Counted from the first letter of the stretch, positions 43,696 to 53,654 are shown. The stretch: DNA of 64,000 nucleotides from an uncultured Lentisphaerota bacterium (GCA_900320095.1 ONQZ01000001.1:19174-83173), one strand, 5' to 3'. Notes: generated by a model from the sequence alone, not told the origin. Made by a program: numbers and translations.

Positions 43696-45896
43696 GTGAG
43701 CGGGCCTCCTGTGATGAGTTTTTCGAGCAGGAGCGAGTAGCGCGGCTCCCGGACGGCGTTGCGCACCGCCATGGAGACGGCCTTGCGGGAGCCGACCAGG
43801 ACCATGAGGCGTTTGGCGCGGGTGATGCCGGTGTAGAGCAGATTCCGCTGGAGCATCATGTAGTGCTGGGAGAGGATCGGCATGACGACCGCGGGGAACT
43901 CGCAGCCCTGGGACTTGTGGACGGTGACGGCGTAGGCGGGTACGATCTGCTCCGCCTCCTCGAACCGGTATTCGACCATCGGGCCGGACTCGTAGCGTAC
44001 CTGAAACGATTCGTTCCCGAAGTCGATGCGCCCGAGGAATCCGAGGTCGCCGTTGAACACGTTCTTGTCGTAGTTGTTCACGATCTGCATGACCTTGTCG
44101 CCGGTCTTGAACAGGCGGCCGAGCGAACGGAACACGAATTTCTTCTCCGGGTTCAGCTTCTCCTGAAGCAGCTCGTTCATCGCCTGCGTGCCGACCGCGC
44201 CGCGGTTCATCGGGCACAGCAGCTGCACGTCGCGGATGGGGTCGAGCCCGAACCGGCGCGGGATGCGGTCGGTGATCATGCGCTCGATCACGTCGGCGGC
44301 GTCCTCCGGATCGTCCTTCTCGATCCAGTAGAAATCCGCCTGCGCGTCCTTCTCGCGGCGGGGCAGGCGCGGCACGACGCCGTTGTTCACGTCGTGGGCG
44401 GCGTGGATGATGCCGCTGCCGTCGCCCTGGCGGAAGATCTGCGTGAGGCGGGAAACGGGGCAGACGCCCGACGCGATGAGGTCGTTCAGGACGTTGCCGG
44501 GCCCGACGGACGGCAGCTGGTCCGGGTCGCCGACGATCACGACCGACGCGCCCGGCTTCACGGCGCGGAAGAACGCCAGCGCGAGAAGGATGTCGAGCAT
44601 GGACGTCTCGTCGAGGACGTACAAATCGTAAGGAAGCTGGTTGCCGCGCCCGAACACGAACTTGCGGGCGGCGGGATCCCATTTGAGGAGACGGTGAAGC
44701 GTGAACGAGGTCAGCCCGGTGGCCTCGGTCATGCGTTTCGCGGCGCGTCCGGTCGGTGCCGCCAGCGCGATGGAAAGATGAGATAGTTTTGAGCGGCGGA
44801 CGATCTCCGAGACGACCGTGGTCTTGCCGACGCCGGGTCCGCCCGTGATGATCGTGATGGGCGACTGCGACACGCGGTCGACGGCGAGGAGCTGCTCGGT
44901 GCTGAATTTCGAGTTCGGCGGAGCGGGGATCTGCGCGAGCTTCAACCCGGCGTAGCGTTCGCGCGACTGGAGGAACCGGATGAGGAAGGGAAGTTCGTCC
45001 TCGCAGCGGAGGAGCCCCGGCTCGTAGATCATCACGTCGCCCTCGTGCGACACGCAGGACGCCGCGCGTTTGGTCTCCAGCGCCTTTTCGATCGCGGTGC
45101 CCGCGTCGGCCTCGTCCACGTCGAGCAGTTCGGCGAGGAACTTGACGAAAACCGCCTGCGGCATGCAGACATGCCCCGCCTGGCGCGCCTGAAGCAGCCC
45201 GTAGGTCACGCCCGCGGTCATGCGCCGCACGTCGTTGCGTCCGATGCCGAGCTGGCGCGCGATCCTGTCGGCGTAGGTGAACCCGATGCCCTTGATGTCG
45301 GCGGCGAGCTGGTACGGATTCGACCGGATGACCTCGGGCGCTTCGTTGCCGTACTTGTCGTAGATGCGGACGAACCAGGCGGGATTGATGCCGAGCCCCT
45401 GCAGGTAGATCTGGCTTTCGCGGCGGTCGGAATTCTCCTTCCACGCCTTGCGGATCGCCTCGATGCGCTTCTTGCCGAGGCCGGGGACCTCCTTCAGGCG
45501 GCGTGACTGCTGGTTCAGCACGTTCAATGTGTCCGTGCCGAACGTGTCGACGATGGCCTTGGCGTATTTCTCGCCGATGCCCTTCACGACGCCGCTGGAA
45601 AGGTACTTGATGAGGCCGTCGCGCGTGGCGGGGAGCGAGAAGACGCACGAGCTCACGCGGAACTGACGTCCGTGGTCCTTGTGCATCTCCCACTTGCCGG
45701 AGAGCTGGACCGTCTGGCCGGGCGAAAGGCCCGGCACGGTCCCGACGGCGGTATGCACGGCGCCCTGGGGGTCCCGCAGGCGGAACACCGTGTACGAGGC
45801 GTCCTCGCTTTCGTACACGACGTGCTCCACTTCTCCGTTGAGCTTATGCTCGGCGAGAGAGGCATTCCCGGATTCGGTGCCGTATTCGTCCGTCAT
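43692..45896 (-). CDS. recD2: SF1B helicase RecD2 (RecD/TraA family)
   Basis: Walker A ITGGPGVGKTT, VLDETSMLD, and AVTVHKSQGCEFPAV. N-terminal OB/HhH region (VKGIGEKYAKAIV). Confidence 0.92.
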   Translation of the reverse strand: MTDEYGTESGNASLAEHKLNGEVEHVVYESEDASYTVFRLRDPQGAVHTAVGTVPGLSPGQTVQLSGKWEMHKDHGRQFRVSSCVFSLPATRDGLIKYLSSGVVKGIGEKYAKAIVDTFGTDTLNVLNQQSRRLKEVPGLGKKRIEAIRKAWKENSDRRESQIYLQGLGINPAWFVRIYDKYGNEAPEVIRSNPYQLAADIKGIGFTYADRIARQLGIGRNDVRRMTAGVTYGLLQARQAGHVCMPQAVFVKFLAELLDVDEADAGTAIEKALETKRAASCVSHEGDVMIYEPGLLRCEDELPFLIRFLQSRERYAGLKLAQIPAPPNSKFSTEQLLAVDRVSQSPITIITGGPGVGKTTVVSEIVRRSKLSHLSIALAAPTGRAAKRMTEATGLTSFTLHRLLKWDPAARKFVFGRGNQLPYDLYVLDETSMLDILLALAFFRAVKPGASVVIVGDPDQLPSVGPGNVLNDLIASGVCPVSRLTQIFRQGDGSGIIHAAHDVNNGVVPRLPRREKDAQADFYWIEKDDPEDAADVIERMITDRIPRRFGLDPIRDVQLLCPMNRGAVGTQAMNELLQEKLNPEKKFVFRSLGRLFKTGDKVMQIVNNYDKNVFNGDLGFLGRIDFGNESFQVRYESGPMVEYRFEEAEQIVPAYAVTVHKSQGCEFPAVVMPILSQHYMMLQRNLLYTGITRAKRLMVLVGSRKAVSMAVRNAVREPRYSLLLEKLITGGPLT

Positions 45897-45933
45897 GACC
45901 GCCCGCGGGTTTTGAGCTTACGACTGAATCAAA

Positions 45934-47046
45934 TCAGTGATGCGAGAAGATGCGTTCCGGCGCATGGCGCAGCGCCACGCCGAGTTCGTTCGCACGCTTC
46001 ACCACGTCGGCGTCCTTCAGGGAACCGGCGGGCGAGACGACCGCGCGGATGCCGGCGGCGGCGGCGACTTCGAGGGCGTCCGGGAACGGGAAGAAACCGT
46101 CGCTGGACATGGCGGCTCCGTCGAGCGTGACGTCGCCGGTGAATTTCTGTTTGAATTTCTCGATGGCCTGTTCGACCGCGCCCACGCGGTCCTGTTCGCC
46201 GGTGCCCACGGAGAGCGTCTGGCCGTTCTTCACGATCACGACGCCGTTCGAGCGCACGGAGATGTTGATGTACCACGCCGCGAGCAGGTCCTTCGCCTGC
46301 TGGTCGGTGGGTTCCACGGTGGAGACCTGCGCGCCGCACGCCTTGTTCTCGCCCGCGGCGGCGGGGAGGTCGGCAAAGGAGCGGACGTGCGTGAGGAGCG
46401 GTGCTGCGACCACGAGCGAGCCGTCGGCGAGGACCTTGATGGTGTTGACGGCGGGGTCGCCGACGAACTTGGGCAGGGTATCGAGCGCGCCGCACTTGAG
46501 CACGCGGAGCTGCTTGTTGACCTTGTAGGTCACGCTGTCGTTGAAGACTTCGAGGGCGCCGGCGTCGAAATCGGGCGCGACGACGCATTCGGCGAAGAGC
46601 TCCATGATCGCCGCCGCCGTGTCCTTGTCGACCTTGCGGTTGAACGCGATCACGCTGCCGAACGCCGCGCGGGCATCGCAGTCGCGCGCCTTGATGAAAA
46701 CCTGGCGGAGCGTTTCGCCGGGGAGGCCGACGGCCGCGCCGCTCGGGTTCACGTGCTTCATGACGGCGCACGCGGGCTCCGCGAAATACTTCACGATGTT
46801 CAGCGCGCCGGAGATGTCCTCCAGATTGGTCTGGGACAGGCCGTTCTTGCCGGTCTTCAGCACTTCGAGGTCCATGATCGCGCCGTGTTCGTCGGCGGGG
46901 CGGTAGAACGCCGCGGGCTGGTGCGGGTTGGTGCCGTAGCGGAGGTCGTCCTTTTTGACGTAACGGCGTCCGCAGACGACGATTTCATCGGGGAAATCCC
47001 CGATATTGGCGGTAAGATAGGTGTTTCTGTCGATCTTTCCAGACAT
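45934..47046 (-). CDS. purH: AICAR transformylase (PurH AICARFT domain only)
   Basis: LRYGTNPHQ, AVMKHVNPSGAAVG, SDGFFPFPD, and C-terminal ERIFSHH. At 370 aa there is no MGS-like IMP cyclohydrolase domain. Confidence 0.85.
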   Translation of the reverse strand: MSGKIDRNTYLTANIGDFPDEIVVCGRRYVKKDDLRYGTNPHQPAAFYRPADEHGAIMDLEVLKTGKNGLSQTNLEDISGALNIVKYFAEPACAVMKHVNPSGAAVGLPGETLRQVFIKARDCDARAAFGSVIAFNRKVDKDTAAAIMELFAECVVAPDFDAGALEVFNDSVTYKVNKQLRVLKCGALDTLPKFVGDPAVNTIKVLADGSLVVAAPLLTHVRSFADLPAAAGENKACGAQVSTVEPTDQQAKDLLAAWYINISVRSNGVVIVKNGQTLSVGTGEQDRVGAVEQAIEKFKQKFTGDVTLDGAAMSSDGFFPFPDALEVAAAAGIRAVVSPAGSLKDADVVKRANELGVALRHAPERIFSHH

Positions 47047-47187
47047 TTTTTCGACTCCGGCTTTGAAAGGTTGGAATTTTGTGGTATCTTAATAAATAAA
47101 AACGCAACATTCAATTTACATTCAAGCGGGCAATATCGCAAATCACATTCGCAAAAAATCTTCGATTTTATTTGGACCTGACCTGAA

Positions 47188-47826
47188 ATGAACGGCATTT
47201 TTCTGACACTGGAAGGCGGCGAAGGCTGCGGCAAATCCACACAGCTCGAACGCGTCGCCGAGGCTCTGCGCGCCAGGACCGGCCGCGAAGTCGTCACCGC
47301 GCGTTCCCCCGGCGGCACCGAAGTCGCCGAAAAGATCCGCATCATCCTGAAGACGCCCGAGCCCGGCGAAAACCTGCTGCCGGAAACGGAGCTGATGCTC
47401 TTCGGCGCGTGCCACGCACAGATGTGCGAGCATATGATCCGGCCCGCCCTGGCGCGCGGCGCGGTCGTCATCTCCGACCGGTTCACCGACAGCACGCTCG
47501 TCTACCAGGGCTGCGCACGCCGCATCGCGCCGGAGACGGTCGCACGCGTCAACGAGTTCGTCTGCCGCGGCACGCGCCCCGACCTGGTGCTGGTGCTGGA
47601 CATCCCGGTGGAGCTCGGGCTGCGGCGCGCCACGGGACGGAACGACGCGCGGAACGACCGGTTCGACTCCGAATCAATGGCGTTCCATACCGCGGTGCGG
47701 AACGGCTTCCTCGAGCTCGCCCGGCGCGACACCGGACGCTTCGCCGTAATCGACGCGTCCCCCTCGGAAGAACAGGTCACACAATCCATCCTGGAGGCGA
47801 TCCATGCACGACTGGCAATCCTTTGA
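47188..47826 (+). CDS. tmk: thymidylate kinase
   Basis: FLTLEGGEGCGKSTQ P-loop, DRFTDSTLVYQG. 212 aa. Confidence 0.92.
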   Translation: MNGIFLTLEGGEGCGKSTQLERVAEALRARTGREVVTARSPGGTEVAEKIRIILKTPEPGENLLPETELMLFGACHAQMCEHMIRPALARGAVVISDRFTDSTLVYQGCARRIAPETVARVNEFVCRGTRPDLVLVLDIPVELGLRRATGRNDARNDRFDSESMAFHTAVRNGFLELARRDTGRFAVIDASPSEEQVTQSILEAIHARLAIL

Positions 47827-48880
47827 ATCCGCGTATCCGCTCCTCGGCAAGTCGCTCCGCATGGCGAAAAATGCGGGCCGCCTGGGGCATTCCCACCTCG
47901 TCGTCTCCTCGAACGCCGCCATCCGCAACCGGTTCCCGACCCTGCTCGCCCAGCTTGCGGTCTGTCTGGATCCCATGCCCGACGGCGCGCCGTGCGGACA
48001 CTGCGAGACGTGTTCCCTGCTGGAAAACGGGCTGTATCCCGACCTCTTTCTGCTCGCGCCGACCTCGAAGTCACGCCAGATCACCATCGGGCTGACCGAG
48101 GACGAGCCGGACACGCTCCGCAACTTCGAATCCATGTTCCACCTCAGCAGTTCCGCGCCCGGCGGCTGGAAGATCGGCGTCATCCAGGACTGCGACACGA
48201 TGAACGAAAACGCGCAGAACGCGTTTCTGAAGACGCTTGAGGAGCCGCCGCCGCGCTGCCTCTTCATCCTCACCACGGGGCATCCCGCCTCGCTCCTGCC
48301 CACCATCCGCTCGCGCTGCCAGATCCTCTCGCTCACGGACAACGTCTGCAAGTACGACATGGAGACGTTCTCCGCCCTGCCCGACCTGCTCATGAAGCTC
48401 ACGTTCGCCTCGAAGGGCGACCTCGTGGCGGGCGAGGACTGCGCCGCCGGGCTGATCGACGTGCTCGGTTCGCTCGGCAGCATGGCGGAGGCGACCGTGC
48501 AGGCGCGCTGGGACGAACGCCTGAAAGCCGCCGAAAACCTCGAATCCGCCGCCATGAAGCTGATCGAAAAGCGCATGGACGGCGAAACGGGCTGCGAATA
48601 TCTCCGGCTCCGCGAGGAATTCCTCAGCATCCTGCACACGTGGTTCGCGCAGGTCGCGCTCGTTTCCGAGGGAACGCCGCTCGAACTCCTGCCGAATCCC
48701 GAGGTCGTGCGCGTGTGGCTGGACGCCGATCCGCGCCCGTCGATCCCGGCGGACGAGGCCGCACGCATGCTCGGTGAGGCGGAAAACCTGGTCCGCGTGC
48801 TGAACACCAACGTCAACGACGAGCTCGCCGTGCGGGCGTTCGCGCTCTCCGTCGCGATCGACACCGGCGTGCAGGGATGA
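47804..48880 (+). CDS. holB: DNA polymerase III delta-prime subunit
   Basis: CGHCETCSLL zinc module, QNAFLKTLEEPP, and TIRSRCQIL. 23-nt overlap with tmk. Confidence 0.85.
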   Translation: MHDWQSFESAYPLLGKSLRMAKNAGRLGHSHLVVSSNAAIRNRFPTLLAQLAVCLDPMPDGAPCGHCETCSLLENGLYPDLFLLAPTSKSRQITIGLTEDEPDTLRNFESMFHLSSSAPGGWKIGVIQDCDTMNENAQNAFLKTLEEPPPRCLFILTTGHPASLLPTIRSRCQILSLTDNVCKYDMETFSALPDLLMKLTFASKGDLVAGEDCAAGLIDVLGSLGSMAEATVQARWDERLKAAENLESAAMKLIEKRMDGETGCEYLRLREEFLSILHTWFAQVALVSEGTPLELLPNPEVVRVWLDADPRPSIPADEAARMLGEAENLVRVLNTNVNDELAVRAFALSVAIDTGVQG

Positions 48881-48891
48881 GGTGAACCGCC

Positions 48892-49698
48892 ATGCCCGCC
48901 GAGATCAGGGAACGCTACGAGTTCGCGCCCATCGGGCTCCTGCACACCGCCCTGCGCTGGCGGTACGAAGCGCCGCGCCAGGCGGGATTTTCCGAGGCGA
49001 AGGCGCGCATCGAGCTCTACCCCGGACGCGGCTTCGAGCAGGCGCTGGAAGACCTCGCCGGGTTCGAGCGCGTCTGGGTCGTCTTCATCTTCCACCTGAA
49101 CGCCACCTGGAAGCCGAAGGTCACGCCGCCGTACGCGCCCGAAAACCGCAAGTACGGCGTCTTCTCCACGCGGTCGCCGCACCGCCCGAACCCGATCGGA
49201 CTGAGCTGCGTCGAGCTGGAGGGCATCGACGGCCTGAACGTCTACCTGAACCACTGCGACATCCTCGACCGGACCCCGATCCTCGACCTCAAGCCGTACA
49301 TCCCGGCGGTCGACGCGTTCCCGGAGTCGAAGGCGGGATGGCGCGACGAACTCGTCCTGACCGAGTGGACGCATGAATTTTCGCCCGCCGCACGGGCGCA
49401 GATGGACTGGATTATGGCGCGGACCGGGCTCGACCTCGCCAATTTCTGCGCCGTCCAGCTCAAATACGAACCTTTCAACCCCGCCCGCAAGCGCATCGAA
49501 CGGCTCCCGGACGGCTCCTGGGCGATCCACTGCCGCACCTGGCGCATCGTGTACCGCGCCGACGCGGACGCCCATCTGCTGCATTTCGAATCCGTCGGCT
49601 CGAACTACGCCTCGGACGAGCTCGCGCCCGGCGCGCCCGATCCGTACGGGGACAAGGCGTTCCACCGGGCATTTCTGGAGGTCATGTCATGGAAGTGA
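48892..49698 (+). CDS. trmO: tRNA (t6A37-N6)-methyltransferase TrmO (TsaA/YaeB family)
   Basis: RYEAPRQ, VWVVFIFH, FSTRSPHRPNPIGLS, and DILDRTPILDLKPYIP. C-terminal extension of about 90 aa. Confidence 0.85.
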   Translation: MPAEIRERYEFAPIGLLHTALRWRYEAPRQAGFSEAKARIELYPGRGFEQALEDLAGFERVWVVFIFHLNATWKPKVTPPYAPENRKYGVFSTRSPHRPNPIGLSCVELEGIDGLNVYLNHCDILDRTPILDLKPYIPAVDAFPESKAGWRDELVLTEWTHEFSPAARAQMDWIMARTGLDLANFCAVQLKYEPFNPARKRIERLPDGSWAIHCRTWRIVYRADADAHLLHFESVGSNYASDELAPGAPDPYGDKAFHRAFLEVMSWK

Positions 49699-50546
49699 TC
49701 CTCTGCGGCATCACCGGGTTCTGCTCGGGCGTGCGCAACGCGCTGAACCGTACCATGGACGAACTGAAACGGCACGGGGCGCCCGTCTTCATCCTGCACG
49801 ACCTCGTCCACAACGAATCGGTCGTGAACGACCTGCTTTCGCGCGGCGCGAAGATCGTCGACGACCCCGAAGGGCTTCCCCCAGGCTCCACGCTCATCTT
49901 CAGCGCGCACGGCGTTTCGGAGGAGGTCGAGGCGCGCGCAAAGGCGCTCCCGCTGAACATCGTCGATGCCACGTGTCCGCTGGTCCGCAAGGTGCAGGAA
50001 CGCGGCGCGGAGCTTTCGGAAAAAGGGCACGTCGTGCTGCTCTTCGGCAAGGCGGGACACCGCGAAGTCGAGGGCATCCTCGGGCGCATCCACGGCGAGA
50101 AGCATCTCCTCACGAACGAGGAGGACGCCCGTGCTTTCCAGCCGGTCCCCGGCAGGACCTACGCCTGCATCAGCCAGACCACCATGAACAGCGACGTGAT
50201 CGCGGAGATGACCGCGATCCTGCGCGAAAAGATACCCGGCCTCGTCGAATCCGCGTCTGTCTGCCGCGCCACGCTGAAGCGCCAGAACGCCGTCCGCAAG
50301 CTCGCGGCGCAATGCGACCTCGTGCTGGTCGCCGGATCCGCGCACAGCTCCAACACGCGCCGCCTGTGCGAGATCGCCGCCGGTCAGGGCGCGCGCGCCG
50401 AACTCGTCTCCGGCCCGGAAGACGTTACGCCGGACCTCCTCCGAGGCGCGAAATGCGTCGGCGTCACCTCCGGTGCGAGCGCGCCGGACGACCTTGTACA
50501 CGGCATCCTGGACGCGGTGAAGCGTATCGCCGCAACCGAAAAATAA
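49689..50546 (+). CDS. ispH: 4-hydroxy-3-methylbut-2-enyl diphosphate reductase
   Basis: GFCSGVRNAL, HDLVHNESVV, ATCPLVRKV, and GSAHSSNTRRL. 285 aa. Confidence 0.93.
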   Translation: MEVILCGITGFCSGVRNALNRTMDELKRHGAPVFILHDLVHNESVVNDLLSRGAKIVDDPEGLPPGSTLIFSAHGVSEEVEARAKALPLNIVDATCPLVRKVQERGAELSEKGHVVLLFGKAGHREVEGILGRIHGEKHLLTNEEDARAFQPVPGRTYACISQTTMNSDVIAEMTAILREKIPGLVESASVCRATLKRQNAVRKLAAQCDLVLVAGSAHSSNTRRLCEIAAGQGARAELVSGPEDVTPDLLRGAKCVGVTSGASAPDDLVHGILDAVKRIAATEK

Positions 50547-50576
50547 ACCAATCCTATTACGCGAGGAGAATACCCC

Positions 50577-51098
50577 ATGCGCCGTCAAGACCGCGAGATC
50601 AAAGACTACAGCGTCATCCTCGACATCATCAACGCGCTTCCGATCGGGCATCTGGCCATGAACGATGCAGGAAAGCCTTATGGCGTGACCATGAATTATT
50701 TCTCCGAGCTTGACGCGAACCGGAATACCGTGCTGTATTTCCACGGAGCGAAGGAGGGCCGCAAGGCGGAAATCCTGTCCCGCGATCCGCATGTCTATTT
50801 CTTCGCCGAACGCGACAACGGCCCGAAAGTGATCGTCCGCCCGAACGGAATGCGCTCCGTGACAAATCTTTATGTTTCTGTAGCCGGGGAAGGCGTGATG
50901 GAGCCGGTCAATGCGCCCAATGAAAAGCGGCGTGTCCTCCTCGCAATGGCCAATGCGTTCTCGGACGAGCCGTTCGATTCTCTCTCGGACGCCGTGGTGG
51001 AGATGACCGCCGTTTGGAAGCTCGTTTTGAACAGCGTAACGGGAAAAACCAATCCTCCGCTCACACGCCCGGAGCAACAAGCCGCATCCAAACCGTAA
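50577..51098 (+). CDS. pyridoxamine 5'-phosphate oxidase-family FMN-binding protein
   Basis: MRRQDREIKD...IINALPIGHLAMNDAGKPYGVTMNYF is the typical N-terminus of the split-barrel PNPOx-like family. 173 aa. Confidence 0.65.
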   Translation: MRRQDREIKDYSVILDIINALPIGHLAMNDAGKPYGVTMNYFSELDANRNTVLYFHGAKEGRKAEILSRDPHVYFFAERDNGPKVIVRPNGMRSVTNLYVSVAGEGVMEPVNAPNEKRRVLLAMANAFSDEPFDSLSDAVVEMTAVWKLVLNSVTGKTNPPLTRPEQQAASKP

Positions 51099-51117
51099 AA
51101 CCATCAGGGAGGCATCC

Positions 51118-51639
51118 ATGATCCAGCTGGAACCGATCACTCTGCCGCCGAAAAGCGCCTTCGGGTTCTTTTCCGCCGTGCCTTTTTTCGGCGCCAACGT
51201 CAAGTTCAGGAAAAAGGTCGTCCGGCAGTTGTTGTCGCGGGGTCCTTATGAGGCCGAAATCAAAAGCATGTGGACTTCCCCGGATTTCCCGCCTCATGCG
51301 GAGATGCAGGCGATCCTGGAGTGTATCCGGGTCAACAACGGCTGGCCCAACGCCCTCTTCCTTCCGTCCGATTCCTTCCTCGCTCTCGCGCCTCTCGAAG
51401 GACACTACGAATCCTTCACGGCCGATTATGACACCGTGAACGGCATCTTTTTCCTTCTTCATCCCGAGGAAAAGAAGCAGGGAGACATGATAAGCCAGTC
51501 ACTTGTCGCGTGCGGAGATATTCCCGTTATTGACACCGAGCGGATTCTACCGGAACACACGATCGCCGATGTCCTGCATCTGCTCGCCGGTTCTTCGCTG
51601 TTTGAGGAAGCACCCGGCGTTGAAATCAGCAAGGGTTAG
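51118..51639 (+). CDS. hypothetical protein
   Basis: 173-aa ORF with an ATG start and GGGAGG upstream. No recognisable motif. It contains PEHTIADVL, similar to a block in the 31.1-32.5 kb paralogues. Confidence 0.4.
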   Translation: MIQLEPITLPPKSAFGFFSAVPFFGANVKFRKKVVRQLLSRGPYEAEIKSMWTSPDFPPHAEMQAILECIRVNNGWPNALFLPSDSFLALAPLEGHYESFTADYDTVNGIFFLLHPEEKKQGDMISQSLVACGDIPVIDTERILPEHTIADVLHLLAGSSLFEEAPGVEISKG

Positions 51640-52268
51640 TTTCCCGTTCCCTGCGTTGAGGGGACGGGCTGCAGATCGATGATAAGCGGGTCGGACCAGG
51701 GAATGAAGGGGATGCCGGTTTGAAGAATCTCGTAACGGTCAATGTTCCAATCCTTTATTTCGAGGTATGATTTCTCCGCGGACTCTTCGGATTCCGCCGT
51801 ATTTGTTTCATCATCCGCGTGAAACATCTCGAAACATTCGCCCCGCCAGCCTCCCGCCGGGTACAAGAAGGAAGATTCCGGAGGAAAATTGACAACCGCG
51901 ACGCAGAGGAACCGGCCTTCCTTTTTGACGTAGATGTGCCCAGCATACTGCCGAAGCAGTCCCGGGCCGGAAAGGAGATAGCGATAGCCGTATGTTCGCG
52001 GCGTTTCCGGTGCCAGTTTCACGAGCTTCGTTTTCAAATTGGATGCCTGAACATAACCGTCGGGCAAGGTCATGATCTCGGCGTAGAACTCATCCGGCTG
52101 GCAAAGCCCGATGTACCGTACCAGGTTAATCATTTTTTCATGCGCGTCTAAACGTCGCGGAAGGTAATAAAACAGTCCGATGCATACATGAACGGCCACT
52201 GCCGCCACGATCAGCACGATGAATGCTATCAGCAGGTTTCGCAGAGTGTGGTCCTTTTTACGTTTCAT
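51636..52268 (-). CDS. hypothetical membrane-anchored protein
   Basis: Start trimmed to ATG 52268 with AAGGAGGGAACC upstream (MKRKKDHTLRNLLIAFIVLIVAAVAVHVCIGLF). The upstream part of the track ORF is Arg/Pro/Ser-rich and overlaps the DUF2156 gene. Confidence 0.5.
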   Translation of the reverse strand: MKRKKDHTLRNLLIAFIVLIVAAVAVHVCIGLFYYLPRRLDAHEKMINLVRYIGLCQPDEFYAEIMTLPDGYVQASNLKTKLVKLAPETPRTYGYRYLLSGPGLLRQYAGHIYVKKEGRFLCVAVVNFPPESSFLYPAGGWRGECFEMFHADDETNTAESEESAEKSYLEIKDWNIDRYEILQTGIPFIPWSDPLIIDLQPVPSTQGTGN

Positions 52269-52287
52269 GGTTCCCTCCTTGCCGCCG

Positions 52288-53208
52288 TCACGAGCGGCGG
52301 ATGAGCTTGTAGTTCTGGAGCATGAAGAGCGGATCGTAGGACTTTTTTGCCTGGCGGAGGCCGGGGATGCCGAGGTCCTGTTCGCGGTTGAGCAGACGTG
52401 CGCGCCCTTGCAGCGCGGCGGCGGTGCTGTGCGTGATATACTGCGAAGCGCCCTTGTATTCGTAGCGGGTCTTCTCGAAGTGGACGGTCCAGAGGTCGGA
52501 CGAGACCGGGCTGTAGACGGCGAACGAAACGACACGGCCCCCGGCTCGGAGCACAAGCCCTTCGGCGGGAAGCGATTCGAAATGCTCCGCGAGCATCCCG
52601 ATGGCGGCGGCCTCGTGCGCGGCCTCGACGGAAACGGGCTCGCCCTGCGCCGCGAACCAGTCGCGCTGAACGGCAAGCGCCTCGTCGAGATTCGCGAGGG
52701 AAAGCGGTTCCAGCGCGGCGTCCGGGTAATCCTCGTGAAACTGCGCGATCAGGTTGCGTTTCTTCGCGAGCAATCGCCCGTGCAGGCCGACGAGTGCGTC
52801 CACGCAGTAGATGTATTCGTCGTAGCGGTCGTCCATGCGTTCGGCGGAAAACTTCGTCCCGACGTCCGGATGCGTCTTCAAATACTCCTGGTCCACGTGG
52901 TCGAACGAGCCGCTGTAGCCCGCCCGGATCAGGCGGTCGGACACCGCCAGAAGCTCGTCCGGTTCCGGGCCGCGCGCGCCGCCCGGCGCGAACATGAGGA
53001 TATCCTCGGTCTTGAGCAGGAGATAGAGGTGGGAACCGATGAAGCACCAGTCGGGACGGTAGGTGCCGCTCCACAGGAAAAGGTTGGTGAACGCGAATTC
53101 GCAGCTTTGGCGGCCAGACGCGAGCAGGAAGGGTTCGAGGACCGCGCGGTCTTCGAGCGCTAGGCGGCGGAAGCCCTCGGGCGGGCGGAGTTCGCGTGGC
53201 TCGCTCAT
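52288..53208 (-). CDS. DUF2156-domain protein (MprF C-terminal-like fold)
   Basis: 306 aa. SCEFAFTNLFLWSGTYRP...GASQYI pattern as in stand-alone DUF2156 proteins. ATGA overlap with the GNAT gene. Confidence 0.65.
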   Translation of the reverse strand: MSEPRELRPPEGFRRLALEDRAVLEPFLLASGRQSCEFAFTNLFLWSGTYRPDWCFIGSHLYLLLKTEDILMFAPGGARGPEPDELLAVSDRLIRAGYSGSFDHVDQEYLKTHPDVGTKFSAERMDDRYDEYIYCVDALVGLHGRLLAKKRNLIAQFHEDYPDAALEPLSLANLDEALAVQRDWFAAQGEPVSVEAAHEAAAIGMLAEHFESLPAEGLVLRAGGRVVSFAVYSPVSSDLWTVHFEKTRYEYKGASQYITHSTAAALQGRARLLNREQDLGIPGLRQAKKSYDPLFMLQNYKLIRRS

Positions 53209-53639
53209 GGCTTGCCGCCTCCGAACCGGAACGCAGTATGGCCGTCCATGGTGGCGGCTCCGGCGGCGCGGTAGAACGCCTCCGTGCCGGGCACGCCGAC
53301 GCAGACGATCCAGTCGACGCCGAACGAGGCGAGGTGGTCCGCCAGGCGTTTCACGATCTCGCGGCCGATTCCCCGCGAACGGTGTGCCGGATCGACCACG
53401 ACATCAAGGATGTAGGCGTCGCTCACGCCGTCAGACAGCGCGCGCGCCATGCCGACGAGGCGGCAGGCAGGATCGAACGCCGCGGAGACCGCGAACGAAT
53501 TCGCGATCATGGCGTCGAGCTCCGGGGCGGGATCGGACATGCCGAACCAGCCCGCGGCACGGTAGAGCGCAAGCACGTCCGCGCGCGGGAGGTCCTTCGT
53601 GATCGAATACCGGAACCGATCCTGTCTGCCCGTATCCAT
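53205..53639 (-). CDS. GNAT-family N-acetyltransferase
   Basis: 144 aa. The acetyl-CoA motif is VVVDPAHRSRGIGREIVKRL. Confidence 0.8.
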   Translation of the reverse strand: MDTGRQDRFRYSITKDLPRADVLALYRAAGWFGMSDPAPELDAMIANSFAVSAAFDPACRLVGMARALSDGVSDAYILDVVVDPAHRSRGIGREIVKRLADHLASFGVDWIVCVGVPGTEAFYRAAGAATMDGHTAFRFGGGKP

Positions 53640-53654
53640 AACGCCCCGAAGGAA

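Noticed and set aside
42814-45693. 959-aa minus-strand ORF that appears to span the GSCFA gene and most of recD2.
   Set aside because: The first 666 codons are an Arg/Pro/Gly-rich out-of-frame read-through of recD2. Only the last 293 codons, from ATG 43695 in an ATGA overlap with the recD2 stop, carry the GSCFA motif.
47047-47187. Looked for purine-related riboswitches (ZTP/pfl, purine, PRPP) upstream of purH, the purF-like gene and purL. Also looked for tRNA, rRNA, tmRNA, RNase P and SRP RNA signatures in all intergenic gaps.
   Set aside because: The leaders are short and AT-rich, without the conserved GC-rich cores of those RNAs. No GGTTCGAATCC-type T-arm or other diagnostic string was found outside coding regions.
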